Assembly (NCBI RefSeq): GCF_009914755.1
Contig: NC_060934.1
Origin: the human T2T-CHM13v2.0 reference genome, Homo sapiens
Reading direction: 5' to 3' (one strand)
Length of the DNA: 64,000 nt
In this document: piece by piece, positions 11,029 through 23,245 of the stretch
How the letters are laid out: each line of letters starts with the position of its first letter
Numbering within the stretch: the first letter of the stretch is position 1
Program-made: the position numbers and the translations under genes
The notes under the pieces: model-generated
Seen by the model: only the letters and a program-made list of their open reading frames with translations
Told to the model about the DNA's origin: nothing
Database searches by the model: none

Positions 11029-14000
11029 GAATTCTCAGTAACTTCTTTGTGTTGTTTGTATTCAACTCACAGATTTGAACCTTCCTTTAGAGAGAGCAGA
11101 TTTGAAACACTCTGTTTTTGGAATTTGCAAGTGCAGATTTCAAGCGCTTCTAGGCCTATGGCAGAAAAGGAAATATCTTCGTATAAAAACTACACAGAAT
11201 CATTCTCAACAACTACTTTGTGATGTGTGCGTTCAACTCCCAGAGTTTAACCTTTCTTTTCATAGAGCAGTTTGGAAACACTCTGTTTGTAAAGCCTGCA
11301 AGTGCTTTTTTGGACTTCATTGAGGCCTTCGTTGGAAACGGGATTTCTTCATATAATGCTAGACAGAAGAATTCTCAGTCACTTCTTTGTGTTGTGTGTA
11401 TTCAAGTCACAGAGTTGAACCTTCCTTTAGACAGAGTAGTTTTGAAAAATTCTTTCTGTGGAGTTTGCAAGTGGAGATTTCAAGCGATTTGAGGCTAATC
11501 TTTGAAATGGAAATATCTTCGTGTAAAAACTATACAGAAGCATTCTCAGAAACTGCTTTGTCATCTGTGCGTTCAGTTCACAGAGTTTCACCTTTCTCTT
11601 CATAGAGCAGTTTGGAAAGACTCTGTCTTTAAAGTCTGCAAGTGATTAGTTAGACCCCTTTGAGGCCTTCGTTGGAAGCGGGACTTCTCATTTACTGCTA
11701 GACAGAAGAATTCTCAGTAAATCCTTTGTGTTGTGTGTATTCAACTCACAGAGTGGAACCTTCCTTTATTCAGAGCAGTTTTGAAAAACACTTTTAGTGG
11801 AATTTGCAAGTGGAGATTTCAAGCGATTTGACGCCAATCTTAGACATGGAAATATCTTCATATTAAAAGTACACAGAGTCTTTCCTAGAAACTAGTTTGT
11901 GATGTGTGCCTTCAACTCACAGTTTAACCTTTCTTTTCATAGAGCAGTTGGGAAACACTCTATTTGTAAAGTCTGCAAGTGGATATTTGGACCTCTTTGA
12001 GACCTTCGTTGGAAACGGGATTTCTTCATATAACGCTAGACAGAAGAATTCTCAGTAACTTCTTTGTGTTGTGTGTATTCAACTCACCGAGTTGAACCTT
12101 TCTTTAGAGATAGCAGAGTTGAAACACTCTTCTTGTGGAATTTGCTAGTGTAGATTTCAAACGCTTCGAAGACAGTGATAGAAAAGGATATATCTTCGTA
12201 TTAAAACTAGACAAAATCATTCTCAGAAAACACTTTGTGATGTGTGTGTTCAACTCACAGAGTTTAACCTTTCTTTAATCGAGCAGTTTGGAAATACACT
12301 CTTTGTAAGTCTGCAGGTGTATAATTGGCCCTCTTTGAGCCCTTCGTTGGAAACGGGATTTCCTCATATAATGCTAGACAGAAGAATTCTCAGTAACTTC
12401 TTTGTGTTGTTTGTATTCAACTCACAGATTTGAACCTTCCTTTAGAGAGAGCAGATTTGAAACACTCTGTTTTTGGAATTTGCAAGTGCAGATTTAAAGC
12501 GCTTCTAGGCCTATGGCAGAAAAGGAAATATCTTCGTATAAAAACTACACAGAATCATTCTCAACAACTACTTTGTGATGTGTGCGTTCAACTCACAGAG
12601 TTTAACCTTTCTTTTCATAGAGCAGTTTGGAAACACTCTGTTTGTAAAGCCTGCAAGTGCTTTTTTGGACTTCATTGAGGCCTTCGTTGGAAACGGGATT
12701 TCTTCATATAATGCTAGACAGAAGAATTCTCAGTCACTTCTTTGTGTTGTGTGTATTCAAGTCACAGAGTTGAACCTTCTTTTAGACAGAGCAGTTTTGA
12801 AAAATTCTTTCTGTGGAATTTGCAAGTGGAGATTTCAAGCGATTTGAGGCTAATCTTTGAAATGGAAATATCTTCGTGTCAAAACTACACAGAATCATTC
12901 TCAGAAACTGCTTTGTTATCTGTGCGTTAAGTTCACAGAGTTTCACCTTTCTCTTCATAGAGCAGTTTGGAAAGACTCTGTCTGTAAAGTCTGCAAGTGA
13001 TTAGTTAGACCCCTTTGAGGCCTTCGTTGGAAGCGGGATTTCTCATTTACTGCTAGACAGAAGAATTCTCAGTAAATCCTTTGTGTTGTGTGTATTCAAC
13101 TCACAGAGTGGAACCTTCCTTTATTCAGAGCAGTTTTGAAAAACACTTTTTGTGGAATTTGCAAGTGGAGATTTCAAGCGATTTGACGCCAATCTTAGAC
13201 ATGGAAAAATCTTCATATTAAAAGTACACAGAGTCATTCGTAGAAACTAGTTTGTGATGTGTGCCTTCAACTCACAGAGTTTAACTTTTCTTTTCATAGA
13301 GCAGTTTGGAAACACTCTGTTTGTAAAGTCTGCAAGTGGATATTTGGACCTCTTTGAGGCCTTCGTTGGAAACGGGATTTCTTCATACAACGCTAGACAG
13401 AAGAATTCTCAGTAACTTCTTTGTGTTGTGTGTATTCAACTCACAGAGTTGAACCTTTCTTTAGAGAGAGCAGAGTTGAAACACTCTTTTTGTGGAATTT
13501 GCTAGTGCAGATTTCAAACGCTTCGAAGACAGTGATAGAAAAGGATATATCTTCGTATTAAAACTAGACAAAATCATTCTCAGAAAACACTTTGTGATGT
13601 GTGTGTTCAACTCACACAGTTTAACCTTTCTTTAATCGAGCAGTTTGGAAATACACTCTTTGTAAGTCTGCAGGTGGATAATTGGCCCTCTTTGAGCCCT
13701 TCATTGGAAACGGGATTTCCTCATATAATGCTAGACAGAAGAATTCTCAGTAACTTCTTTGTGTTGTTTGTATTCAACTCACAGATTTGAACCTTCCTTT
13801 AGAGAGAGCAGATTTGAAACACTCTGTTTTTGGAATTTGCAAGTGCAGATTTCAAGCGCTTCTAGGCCTATGGCAGAAAAGGAAATATCTTCGTATAAAA
13901 ACTACACAGAATCATTCTCAACAACTACTTTGTGATGTGTGCGTTCAACTCACAGAGTTTAACCTTTCTTTTCATAGAGCAGTTTGGAAACACTCTGTTT

Positions 14001-15097
14001 GTAAAGCCTGCAAGTGCTTTTTTGGACTTCATTGAGGCCTTCGTTGGAAACGGGATTTCTTCATATAATGCTAGACAGAAGAATTCTCAGTCACTTCTTT
14101 GTGTTGTGTGTATTCAAGTCACAGAGTTGAACCTTCCTTTAGACAGAGCAGTTTTGAAAAATTCTTTCTGTGGAATTTGCAAGTGGAGATTTCAAGCGAT
14201 TTGGGGCTAATCTTTGAAATGGAAATATCTTCGTGTAAAAACTACACAGAATCATTCTCAGAAACTGCTTTGTCATCTGTGCGTTCAGTTCACAGAGTTT
14301 CACCTTTCTCTTCATACAGCAGTTTGGAAAGACTCTGTCTGTAAAGTCTGCAAGTGATTAGTTAGACCCCTTTGAGGCCTTCGTTGGAAGCGGGATTTCT
14401 CATTTACTGCTAGACAGAAGAATTCTCAGTAAATCCTTTGTGTTGTGTGTATTCAACTCACAGAGTGGAACCTTCCTTTATTCAGAGCAGTTTTGAAACA
14501 CTCTTTTTGTGGAATTTGCAAGTGGAGATTTCAAGCGATTTGACGCCAATCTTAGACATGGAAATATCTTCATATTAAAAGTACACAGAGTCATTCGTAG
14601 AAACTAGTTTGTGATGTGTGCCTTCAACTCACAGAGTTTAACCTTTCTTTTCATAGAGCAGTTGGGAAACACTCTATTTGTAAAGTCTGCAAGTGGATAT
14701 TTGGACCTCTTTGAGGCCTTCGTTGGAAACGGGATTTCTTCATATAACGCTAGACAGAAGAATTCTCAGTAACTTCTTTGTGTTGTGTGTATTCAACTCA
14801 CAGAGTTGAACCTTTCTTTAGAGGGAGCAGAGGTGAAACAGTCTTTTTGTGGAATTTGCCAGTGTAGATTTCAAACGCTTCGAAGTCAGTGATAGAAAAG
14901 GAGATATCTTCGTATTAAAAGTAGACAAAATCATTCTCAGAAAACTCTTTGTGATGTGTGTGTTCAACTCACAGAGTTTAACCTTTCTTTAATCGAGCAG
15001 TTTGGAAATACACTCTTTGTAAGTCTGCAGGTGGATATTTGGCCCTCTTTGAGCCCTTCTTTGGAAACGGGATTTCCTCTTATAATGCTAGACAGAA
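11029..15097 (+). repeat. Three tandem canonical 8-mer HORs (A-B-C-D; 1355, 1357, 1357 bp)
   Basis: Units start at EcoRI sites 11029, 12384 and 13741. Dimer markers: A CTAGGCCTATGGCAG; B GAGGCTAATCTTTG/GTGATTAGTTAGACCCC; C GACGCCAATCTTAGAC/AAAAGTACACAG; D TTCAAACGCTTCGAAG/TTAATCGAGC/CTGCAGGTG. Confidence 0.92.
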
Positions 15098-18000
15098 GAA
15101 TTCTCAGTAACTTCTCTGTGTTGTTTGTATTCAACACACAGATTTGAACCTTCCTTTAGAGAGAGCAGATTTGAAACACTCTGTTTTTGGAATTTGCAAG
15201 TGCAGATTTCAAGCACTTCTAGGCCTATGGCAGAAAAGGAAATATCTTCGTATAAAAACTACACAGAATCATTCTCAACAACTACTTTGTGATGTGTGCG
15301 TTCAACTCACAGAGTTTAACCTTTCTTTTCATAGAGCAGTTTGGAAACACTCTGTTTGTAAAGCCTGCAAGTGCTTTTTTGGAGTTCATTGAGGCCTTCG
15401 TTGGAAACGGGATTTCTTCATACAACGCTAGACAGAAGAATTCTCAGTTACTTCTTTGTGTTCTGTGTATTCAACTCACAGAGTTGAACCTTTCTTTAGA
15501 GAGAGCAGAGTTGAAACACTCTGTTTTTGGAATTTGCAAGTGCAGATTTCAAGCGATTCTAGGCCTATGGCAGAAAAGGAAATATCTTCGTATAAAAACT
15601 ACACAGAATCATTCTCAACAACTACTTTGTGATGTGTGCGTTCAACTCACAGAGTTTAAACTTTCTTTTCATAGAGCAGTTTGGAAACACTCTGTTTGTA
15701 AAGCCTGCAAGTGCTTTTTTGGACTTCATTGAGGCCTTCGTTGGAAACGGGATTTCTTCATATAATGCTAGACAGAAGAATTCTCAGTCACTTCTTTGTG
15801 TTGTGTGTATTCAAGTCACAGAGTTGAACCTTCTTTTAGACAGAGCAGTTTTGAAAAATTCTTTCTGTGGAATTTGCAATTGGAGATTTTAAGAGATTTG
15901 AGGCTAATCTTTGAAATGGAAATATCTTCGTGTAAAAACTACACAGAATCATTCTCAGAAACTGCTTTGTTATCTGTGCGTTCAGTTCACAGAGTTTCAC
16001 CTTTCTCTTCATAGAGCAGTTTGGAAAGACTCTGTCTGTAAAGTCTGCAAGTGATTAGTTAGACCCCTTTGAGGCCTTCGTTGGAAGCGGGATTTCTCAT
16101 TTACTGCTAGACAGAAGAATTCTCAGTAAATCCTTTGTGTTGTGTGTATTCAACTCACAGAGTGGAACCTTCCTTTATTCAGAGCAGTTTTGAAAAACAC
16201 TTTTTGTGGAATTTGCAAGTGGAGATTTCAAGCGATTTGACGCCAATCTTAGACATGGAAATATCTTCATATTAAAAGTACACAGAGTCATTCGTAGAAA
16301 CTAGTTTGTGATGTGTGCCTTCAACTCACAGAGTTTAACCTTTCTTTTCATAGAGCAGTTGGGAAACACTCTATTTGTAAAGTCTGCAAGTGGATATTTG
16401 GACCTCTTTGAGGCCTTCGTTGGAAATGGGATTTCTTCATACAACACTAGACAGAAGAATTCTCAGTAACTTCTTTGTGTTGTGTGTATTCAACTCACAG
16501 AGTTGAACCTTTCTTTAGAGAGAGCAGAGTTGAAACACTCTGTTTTTGGAATTTGCAAGTGCAGATTTCAAGCGATTCTAGGCCTATGGCAGGAAAGGAA
16601 ATATCTTCGTATAAAAACTACACAGAATCATTCTCAACAACTACTTTGTGATGTGTGCGTTCAACTCACAAAGTTTAACCTTTCTTTTCATAGAGCAGTT
16701 TGGAAACACGCTGTTTGTAAAGCCTGCAAGTGCTTTTTTGGACTTCATTGAGGCCTTCGTTGGAAACGGGATTTCTTCATATAATGCTAGACAGAAGAAT
16801 TCTCAGTAAATCATTTGTGTTGCGTTTATTCAACTCACAGAGTGGAACCTTCCTTTATTCAGAGCAGTTTTGAAACACTCTTTTTGTGGAATTTGCAAGT
16901 GGAGATTTCAAGCGATTTGACGCCAATCTTAGACATGGAAATATCTTCATATTAAAAGTACACAGAATCATTCGTAGAAACTAGTTTGTGATGTGTGCCT
17001 TCAACTCACAGAGTTTAACCTTTCTTTTCATAGAGCAGTTCGGAAACACTCTATTTGTAAAGTCTGCAAGTGGATATTTGGACCTCTTTGAGGCCATCGT
17101 TGGAAAAGGGATTTCTTCATATAACGCTAGACAGAAGAATTTTCAGTAACTTCTTTGTGTTGTGTGTATTCAACTCACAGAGTTCAACTTTTCTTTAGAG
17201 AGAGCAGAGTTGAAACACTCTTTTTGTGGAATTTGCTAGTGCAGATTTCAAACGCTTCGAAGACAGTGATAGCAAAGGATATATCTTCGTATTAAAACTA
17301 GACAAAATCATTCTCAGAAAACACTTTGTGATGTGTGTGTTCAACTCACAGAGTTTAACCTTTCTTTAATCGAGCAGTTTGGAAATACACTCTTTGTAAG
17401 TCTGCAGGTGGATAATTGGCCCTCTTTGAGCCCTTCGTTGGAAACGGGATTTCCTCATATAATGCTAGACAGAAGAATTCTCAGTAACTTCTTTGTGTTG
17501 TTTGTATTCAACTCACAGATTTGAACCTTCCTTTAGAGAGAGCAGATTTGAAACACTCTGTTTTTGGAATTTGCAAGTGCAGATTTCAAGCGCTTCTAGG
17601 CCTATGGCAGAAAAGGAAATATCTTCGTATAAAAACTACACAGAATCATTCTCAACAACTACTTTGTGATGTGTGCGTTCAACTCACAGAGTTTAACCTT
17701 TCTTTTCATAGAGCAGTTTGGAAACACTCTGTTTGTAAAGCCTGCAAGTGCTTTTTTGGACTTCATTGAGGCCTTCGTTGGAAACGGGATTTCTTCATAT
17801 AATGCTAGACAGAAGAATTCTCAGTCACTTCTTTGTGTTGTGTGTATTCAAGTCACAGAGTTGAACCTTCTTTTAGACAGAGCAGTTTTGAAAAATTCTT
17901 TCTGTGGAATTTGCAATTGGAGATTTTAAGAGATTTGAGGCTAATCTTTGAAATGGAAATATCTTCGTGTAAAAACTACACAGAATCATTCTCAGAAACT

Positions 18001-21000
18001 GCTTTGTTATCTGTGCGTTCAGTTCACAGAGTTTCACCTTTCTCTTCATAGAGCAGTTTGGAAAGACTCTGTCTGTAAAGTCTGCAAGTGATTAGTTAGA
18101 CCCCTTTGAGGCCTTCGTTGGAAGCGGGATTTCTCATTTACTGCTAGACAGAAGAATTCTCAGTAAATCCTTTGTGTTGTGTGTATTCAACTCACAGAGT
18201 GGAACCTTCCTTTATTCAGAGCAGTTTTGAAAAACACTTTTTGTGGAATTTGCAAGTGGAGATTTCAAGCGATTTGACGCCAATCTTAGACATGGAAATA
18301 TCTTCATATTAAAAGTACACAGAGTCATTCGTAGAAACTAGTTTGTGATGTGTGCCTTCAACTCACAGAGTTTAACCTTTCTTTTCATAGAGCAGTTGGG
18401 AAACACTCTATTTGTAAAGTCTGCAAGTGGATATTTGGACCTCTTTGAGGCCTTCGTTGGAAATGGGATTTCTTCATACAACACTAGACAGAAGAATTCT
18501 CAGTAACTTCTTTGTGTTGTGTGTATTCAACTCACAGAGTTGAACCTTTCTTTAGAGAGAGCAGAGTTGAAACACTCTGTTTTTGGAATTTGCAAGTGCA
18601 GATTTCAAGCGATTCTAGGCCTATGGCAGGAAAGGAAATATCTTCGTATGAAAACTACACAGAATCATTCTCAACAACTACTTTGTGATGTGTGCATTCA
18701 ACTCACAAAGTTTAACCTTTCTTTTCATAGAGCAGTTTGGAAACACGCTGTTTTAAAGCCTGCAAGTGCTTTTTTGGACTTCATTGAGGCCTTCGTTGGA
18801 AACGGGATTTCTTCATATAATGCTAGACAGAAGAATTCTCAGTAAATCATTTGTGTTGCGTTTATTCAACTCACAGAGTGGAACCTTCCTTTATTCAGAG
18901 CAGTTTTGAAACACTCTTTTTGTGGAATTTGCAAGTGGAGATTTCAAGCGATTTGACGCCAATCTTAGACATGGAAATATCTTCATATTAAAAGTACACA
19001 GAATCATTCGTAGAAACTAGTTTGTGATGTGTGCCTTCAACTCACAGAGTTTAACCTTTCTTTTCATAGAGCAGTTCGGAAACACTCTATTTGTAAAGTC
19101 TGCAAGTGGATATTTGGACCTCTTTGAGGCCATCGTTGGAAAAGGGATTTCTTCATATAACGCTAGACAGAAGAATTTTCAGTAACTTCTTTGTGTTGTG
19201 TGTATTCAACTCACAGAGTTCAACTTTTCTTTAGAGAGAGCAGAGTTGAAACACTCTTTTTGTGGAATTTGCTAGTGCAGATTTCAAACGCTTCGAAGAC
19301 AGTGATAGCAAAGGATATATCTTCGTATTAAAACTAGACAAAATCATTCTCAGAAAACACTTTGTGATGTGTGTGTTCAATTCACAGAGTTTAACCTTTC
19401 TTTAATCGAGCAGTTTGGAAATACACTCTTTGTAAGTCTGCAGGTGGATAATTGGCCCTCTTTGAGCCCTTCGTTGGAAACGGGATTTCCTCATATAATG
19501 CTAGACAGAAGAATTCTCAGTAACTTCTTTGTGTTGTTTGTATTCAACTCACAGATTTGAACCTTCCTTTAGAGAGAGCAGATTTGAAACACTCTGTTTT
19601 TGGAATTTGCAAGTGCAGATTTCAAGCGCTTCTAGGCCTATGGCAGAAAAGGAAATATCTTCGTATAAAAACTACACAGAATCATTCTCAACAACTACTT
19701 TGTGATGTGTGCGTTCAACTCCCAGAGTTTAACCTTTCTTTTCATAGAGCAGTTTGGAAACACTCTGTTTGTAAAGCCTGCAAGTGCTTTTTTGGACTTC
19801 ATTGAGGCCTTCGTTGGAAACGGGATTTCTTCATATAATGCTAGACAGAAGAATTCTCAGTCACTTCTTTGTGTTGTGTGTATTCAAGTCACAGAGTTGA
19901 ACCTTCTTTTAGACAGAGCAGTTTTGAAAAATTCTTTCTGTGGAATTTGCAATTGGAGATTTTAAGAGATTTGAGGCTAATCTTTGAAATGGAAATATCT
20001 TCGTGTAAAAACTACACAGAATCATTCTCAGAAACTGCTTTGTTATCTGTGCGTTCAGTTCACAGAGTTTCACCTTTCTCTTCATAGAGCAGTTTGGAAA
20101 GACTCTGTCTGTAAAGTCTGCAAGTGATTAGTTAGACCCCTTTGAGGCCTTCGTTGGAAGCGGGATTTCTCATTTACTGCTAGACAGAAGAATTCTCAGT
20201 AAATCCTTTGTGTTGTGTGTATTCAACTCACAGAGTGGAACCTTCCTTTATTCAGAGCAGTTTTGAAAAACACTTTTTGTGGAATTTGCAAGCAGAGATT
20301 TCAAGCGATTTGACGCCAAACTTAGACATGGAAATATCTTCATATTAAAAGTACACAGAGTCATTCGTAGAAACTAGTTTGTGATGTGTGCCTTCAACTC
20401 ACAGAATTTGACCTTACTTTTCATAGAGCAGTTTGGAAACACTCTATTTGTAAAGTCTGCAAGTGGATATTTGGACCTCTTTGAGGCGTTCGTTCGAAAA
20501 GGGATTTCTTCATACAACGCTAGACAGAAGAATTCTCAGTAACTTCTTTGTGTTGTGTGCATTCAACTCACAGAGTTGAACCTTTCTTTAGAGAGAGCAG
20601 AGTTGAAACACTCTGTTTTGGAATTTGCAAGTGCAGATTTCAAGCGATTCTAGGCCTATGGCAGAAAAGGAAATATCTTCGTATAAAAACTACACAGAAT
20701 CATTCTCAACAACTACTTTGTGATGTGTGCGTTCAACTCACAAAGTTTAACCTTTCTTTTCATAGAGAAGTTTGGAAACACTCTGTTTGTAAAGCCTGCA
20801 AGTGCTTTTTTGGACTTCATTGAGGCCTTCGTTGGAAACGGGATTTCTTCATATAATGCTAGACAGAAGAATTCTCAGTAAATCCGTTGTGTTGTGTGTA
20901 TTCAACTCACAGAGTGGAACCTTCCTTTATTCAGAGCAGTTTTGAAAGACTCTGTTTTTGGAATTTGCAAGTGGAGATTTCAAGCGATTTGACGCCAATC

Positions 21001-22565
21001 TTAGACATGGAAATATCTTCATATTAAAAGTACACAGAGTCATTCGTAGAAACTAGTTTGTGATGTGTGCCTTCAACTCACGGAGTTTAACCTTTCTTTT
21101 CATAGAGCAGTTCGGAAACACTCTATTTGTAAAGTCTGCAAGTGGATATTTGGACCTCTTTGAGGCCTTCGTTGGAAACAGGATTTCTTCATATAACGCT
21201 AGACAGAAGAATTCTAAGTAACTTCTTTGTGTTGTGTGTATTCAACTCACAGAGTTGAACCTTTCTTTAGAGGGAGCAGAGGTGAAACACTCTTTTTGTG
21301 GAATTTGGTAGTGCAAATTTGAAACGCTTCGAAGTCGGTGATAGAAAAGGATATATCTTCGTATTAAAACTAGACAAAATCATTCTCAGAAAACTCTTTG
21401 TGATGTGTGTGTTCAACTCACAGAGTTTAACCTTTGTTTAATCGAGCAGTTTGGAAATACACTCTTTGTAAGTCTGCAGGTGGATAATTGTCCCTCTTTG
21501 AGCCCTTCGTTGGAAACGGGATTTCCTCATATAATGCTAGACAGAAGAATTCTCAGTAACTTCTTTGTGTTGTTTGTATTCAACTCACAGATTTGAACCT
21601 TCCTTTAGAGAGAGCAGATTTGAAACACTCTGTTTTTGGAATTTGCAAGTGCAGATTTCAAGCGCTTCTAGGCCTATGGCAGAAAAGGAAATATCTTCGT
21701 ATAAAAACTGCACAGAATCATTCTCAACAACTACTTTGTGATGTGTGCGTTCAACTCACAAAGTTTAACCTTTCTTTTCATAGAGCAGTTTGGAAACACT
21801 CTGTTTGTAAAGCCTGCAATTCCTTTTTTGGACTTCATTGAGGCCTTCGTTGGAAACAGGATTTCTTCATATAATGCTAGACAGAAGAATTCTCAGTCAG
21901 TTCTTTGTGTTGTGTGTATTCAAGTCACAGAGGTGAACCTTCTTTTAGACAGAGCAGTTTTGAAAAATTCTTTCTGTGGAATTTGCAATTGGAGATTTTA
22001 AGCGATTTGAGGCTAATCTTTGAAATGGAAATATCTTCGTGTAAAAACTACACAGATTCAGTCTCAGAAACTGCTTTGTTATCTGTGCGTTCAGTTCACA
22101 GAGTTTCACCTTTCTCTTCATAGAGCAGTTTGGAAAGACTCTGTCTGTAAAGTCTGCAAGTGATTAGTTAGACCCCTTTGAGGCCTTCGTTGGAAGCGGG
22201 ATTTCTCATTTACTGCTAGACAGAAGAATTCTCAGTAAATCCTTTGTGTTGTGTGTATTCAACTCACAGAGTGGAACCTTCCTTTATTCAGAGCAGTTTT
22301 GAAAAACACTTTTTGTGGAATTTGCAAGTGGAGATTTCAAGCGATTTGACGCCAATCTTAGACATGGAAATATCTTCATATTAAAAGTACACAGAGTCAT
22401 TCGTAGAAACTAGTTTGTGATGTGTACCTTCAACTCACAGAGTTTAACCTTTCTTTTCATAGAGCAGTTTGGAAACACTCTGTTTGTAAAGTCTGCAAGT
22501 GGATATTTGGACCTCTTTGAGGCCTTCGTTGGAAACGGGATTTCTTCATACAACGCTAGACAGAA

Positions 22566-23245
22566 GAATTCTCAGTAACTTCTTTGTGTTGTGTGTATTC
22601 AACTCACAGAGTTGAACCTTTCTTTAGAGAGAGCAGAGTTGAAACACTCTGTTTTTGGAATTTGCAAGTGTAGATTTCAAGCGATTCTAGGCCTATGGCA
22701 GAAAAGGAAATATCTTCGTATAAAAACTACACAGAATCATTCTCAACAACTACTTTGTGATGTGTGCGTTCAATTCACAAAGTTTAACCTTTCTTTTCAT
22801 AGAGAAGTTTGGAAACACTCTGTTTGTAAAGCCTGCAAGTGCTTTTTTGGACTTCATTGAGGCCTTCATTGGAAACGGGATTTCTTCATATAATGCTAGA
22901 CAGAAGAATTCTCAGTAAATCCTTTGTGTTGTGTTTATTCAACTCACAGAGTGGAACCTTCCTTTATTCAGAGCACTTTTGTAAAACAGTTTTTGTGGAA
23001 TTTGCAAGTGGAGATTTCAAGCGATTTGACGCCAATCTTAGACATGGAAATATCTTCATATTAAAAGTACACAGAGTCATTCGTAAAAACTAGTTTGTGA
23101 TGTGTGCCTTCAACTCACAGAGTTTAACCTTTCTTTTCATAGAGCAGTTTGGAAACACTCTATTTGGAAAGTCTGCAAGTGGATATTTGGACCTCTTTGA
23201 GGCCTTCGTTGGAAACGGGATTTCTTCATACAACGCTAGACAGAA
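22566..23245 (+). repeat. 4-mer HOR variant A2-C (680 bp)
   Basis: An A dimer at 22566, a C dimer at 22906 and the next A dimer at 23246; ORF offset 22591->23271 = 680. Confidence 0.85.

Larger units (their letters stand above)
1..16622 (+). repeat. Super-HOR tandem duplication: copy 1 = 1-8140 (may begin upstream of the window), copy 2 = 8141-16622
   Basis: Shared private variants at offset 8139-8140 (AGCAGGGTTG, GGGACTTCTC, 2-bp deletion CTCACAGTTTAAC, CAGGTGTATAA, GATTTAAAGC), then at offset 8478-8482 (CTCACACAG, TTCATACAGC, TTGCCAGTG, GGAGTTCATT). Confidence 0.88.
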
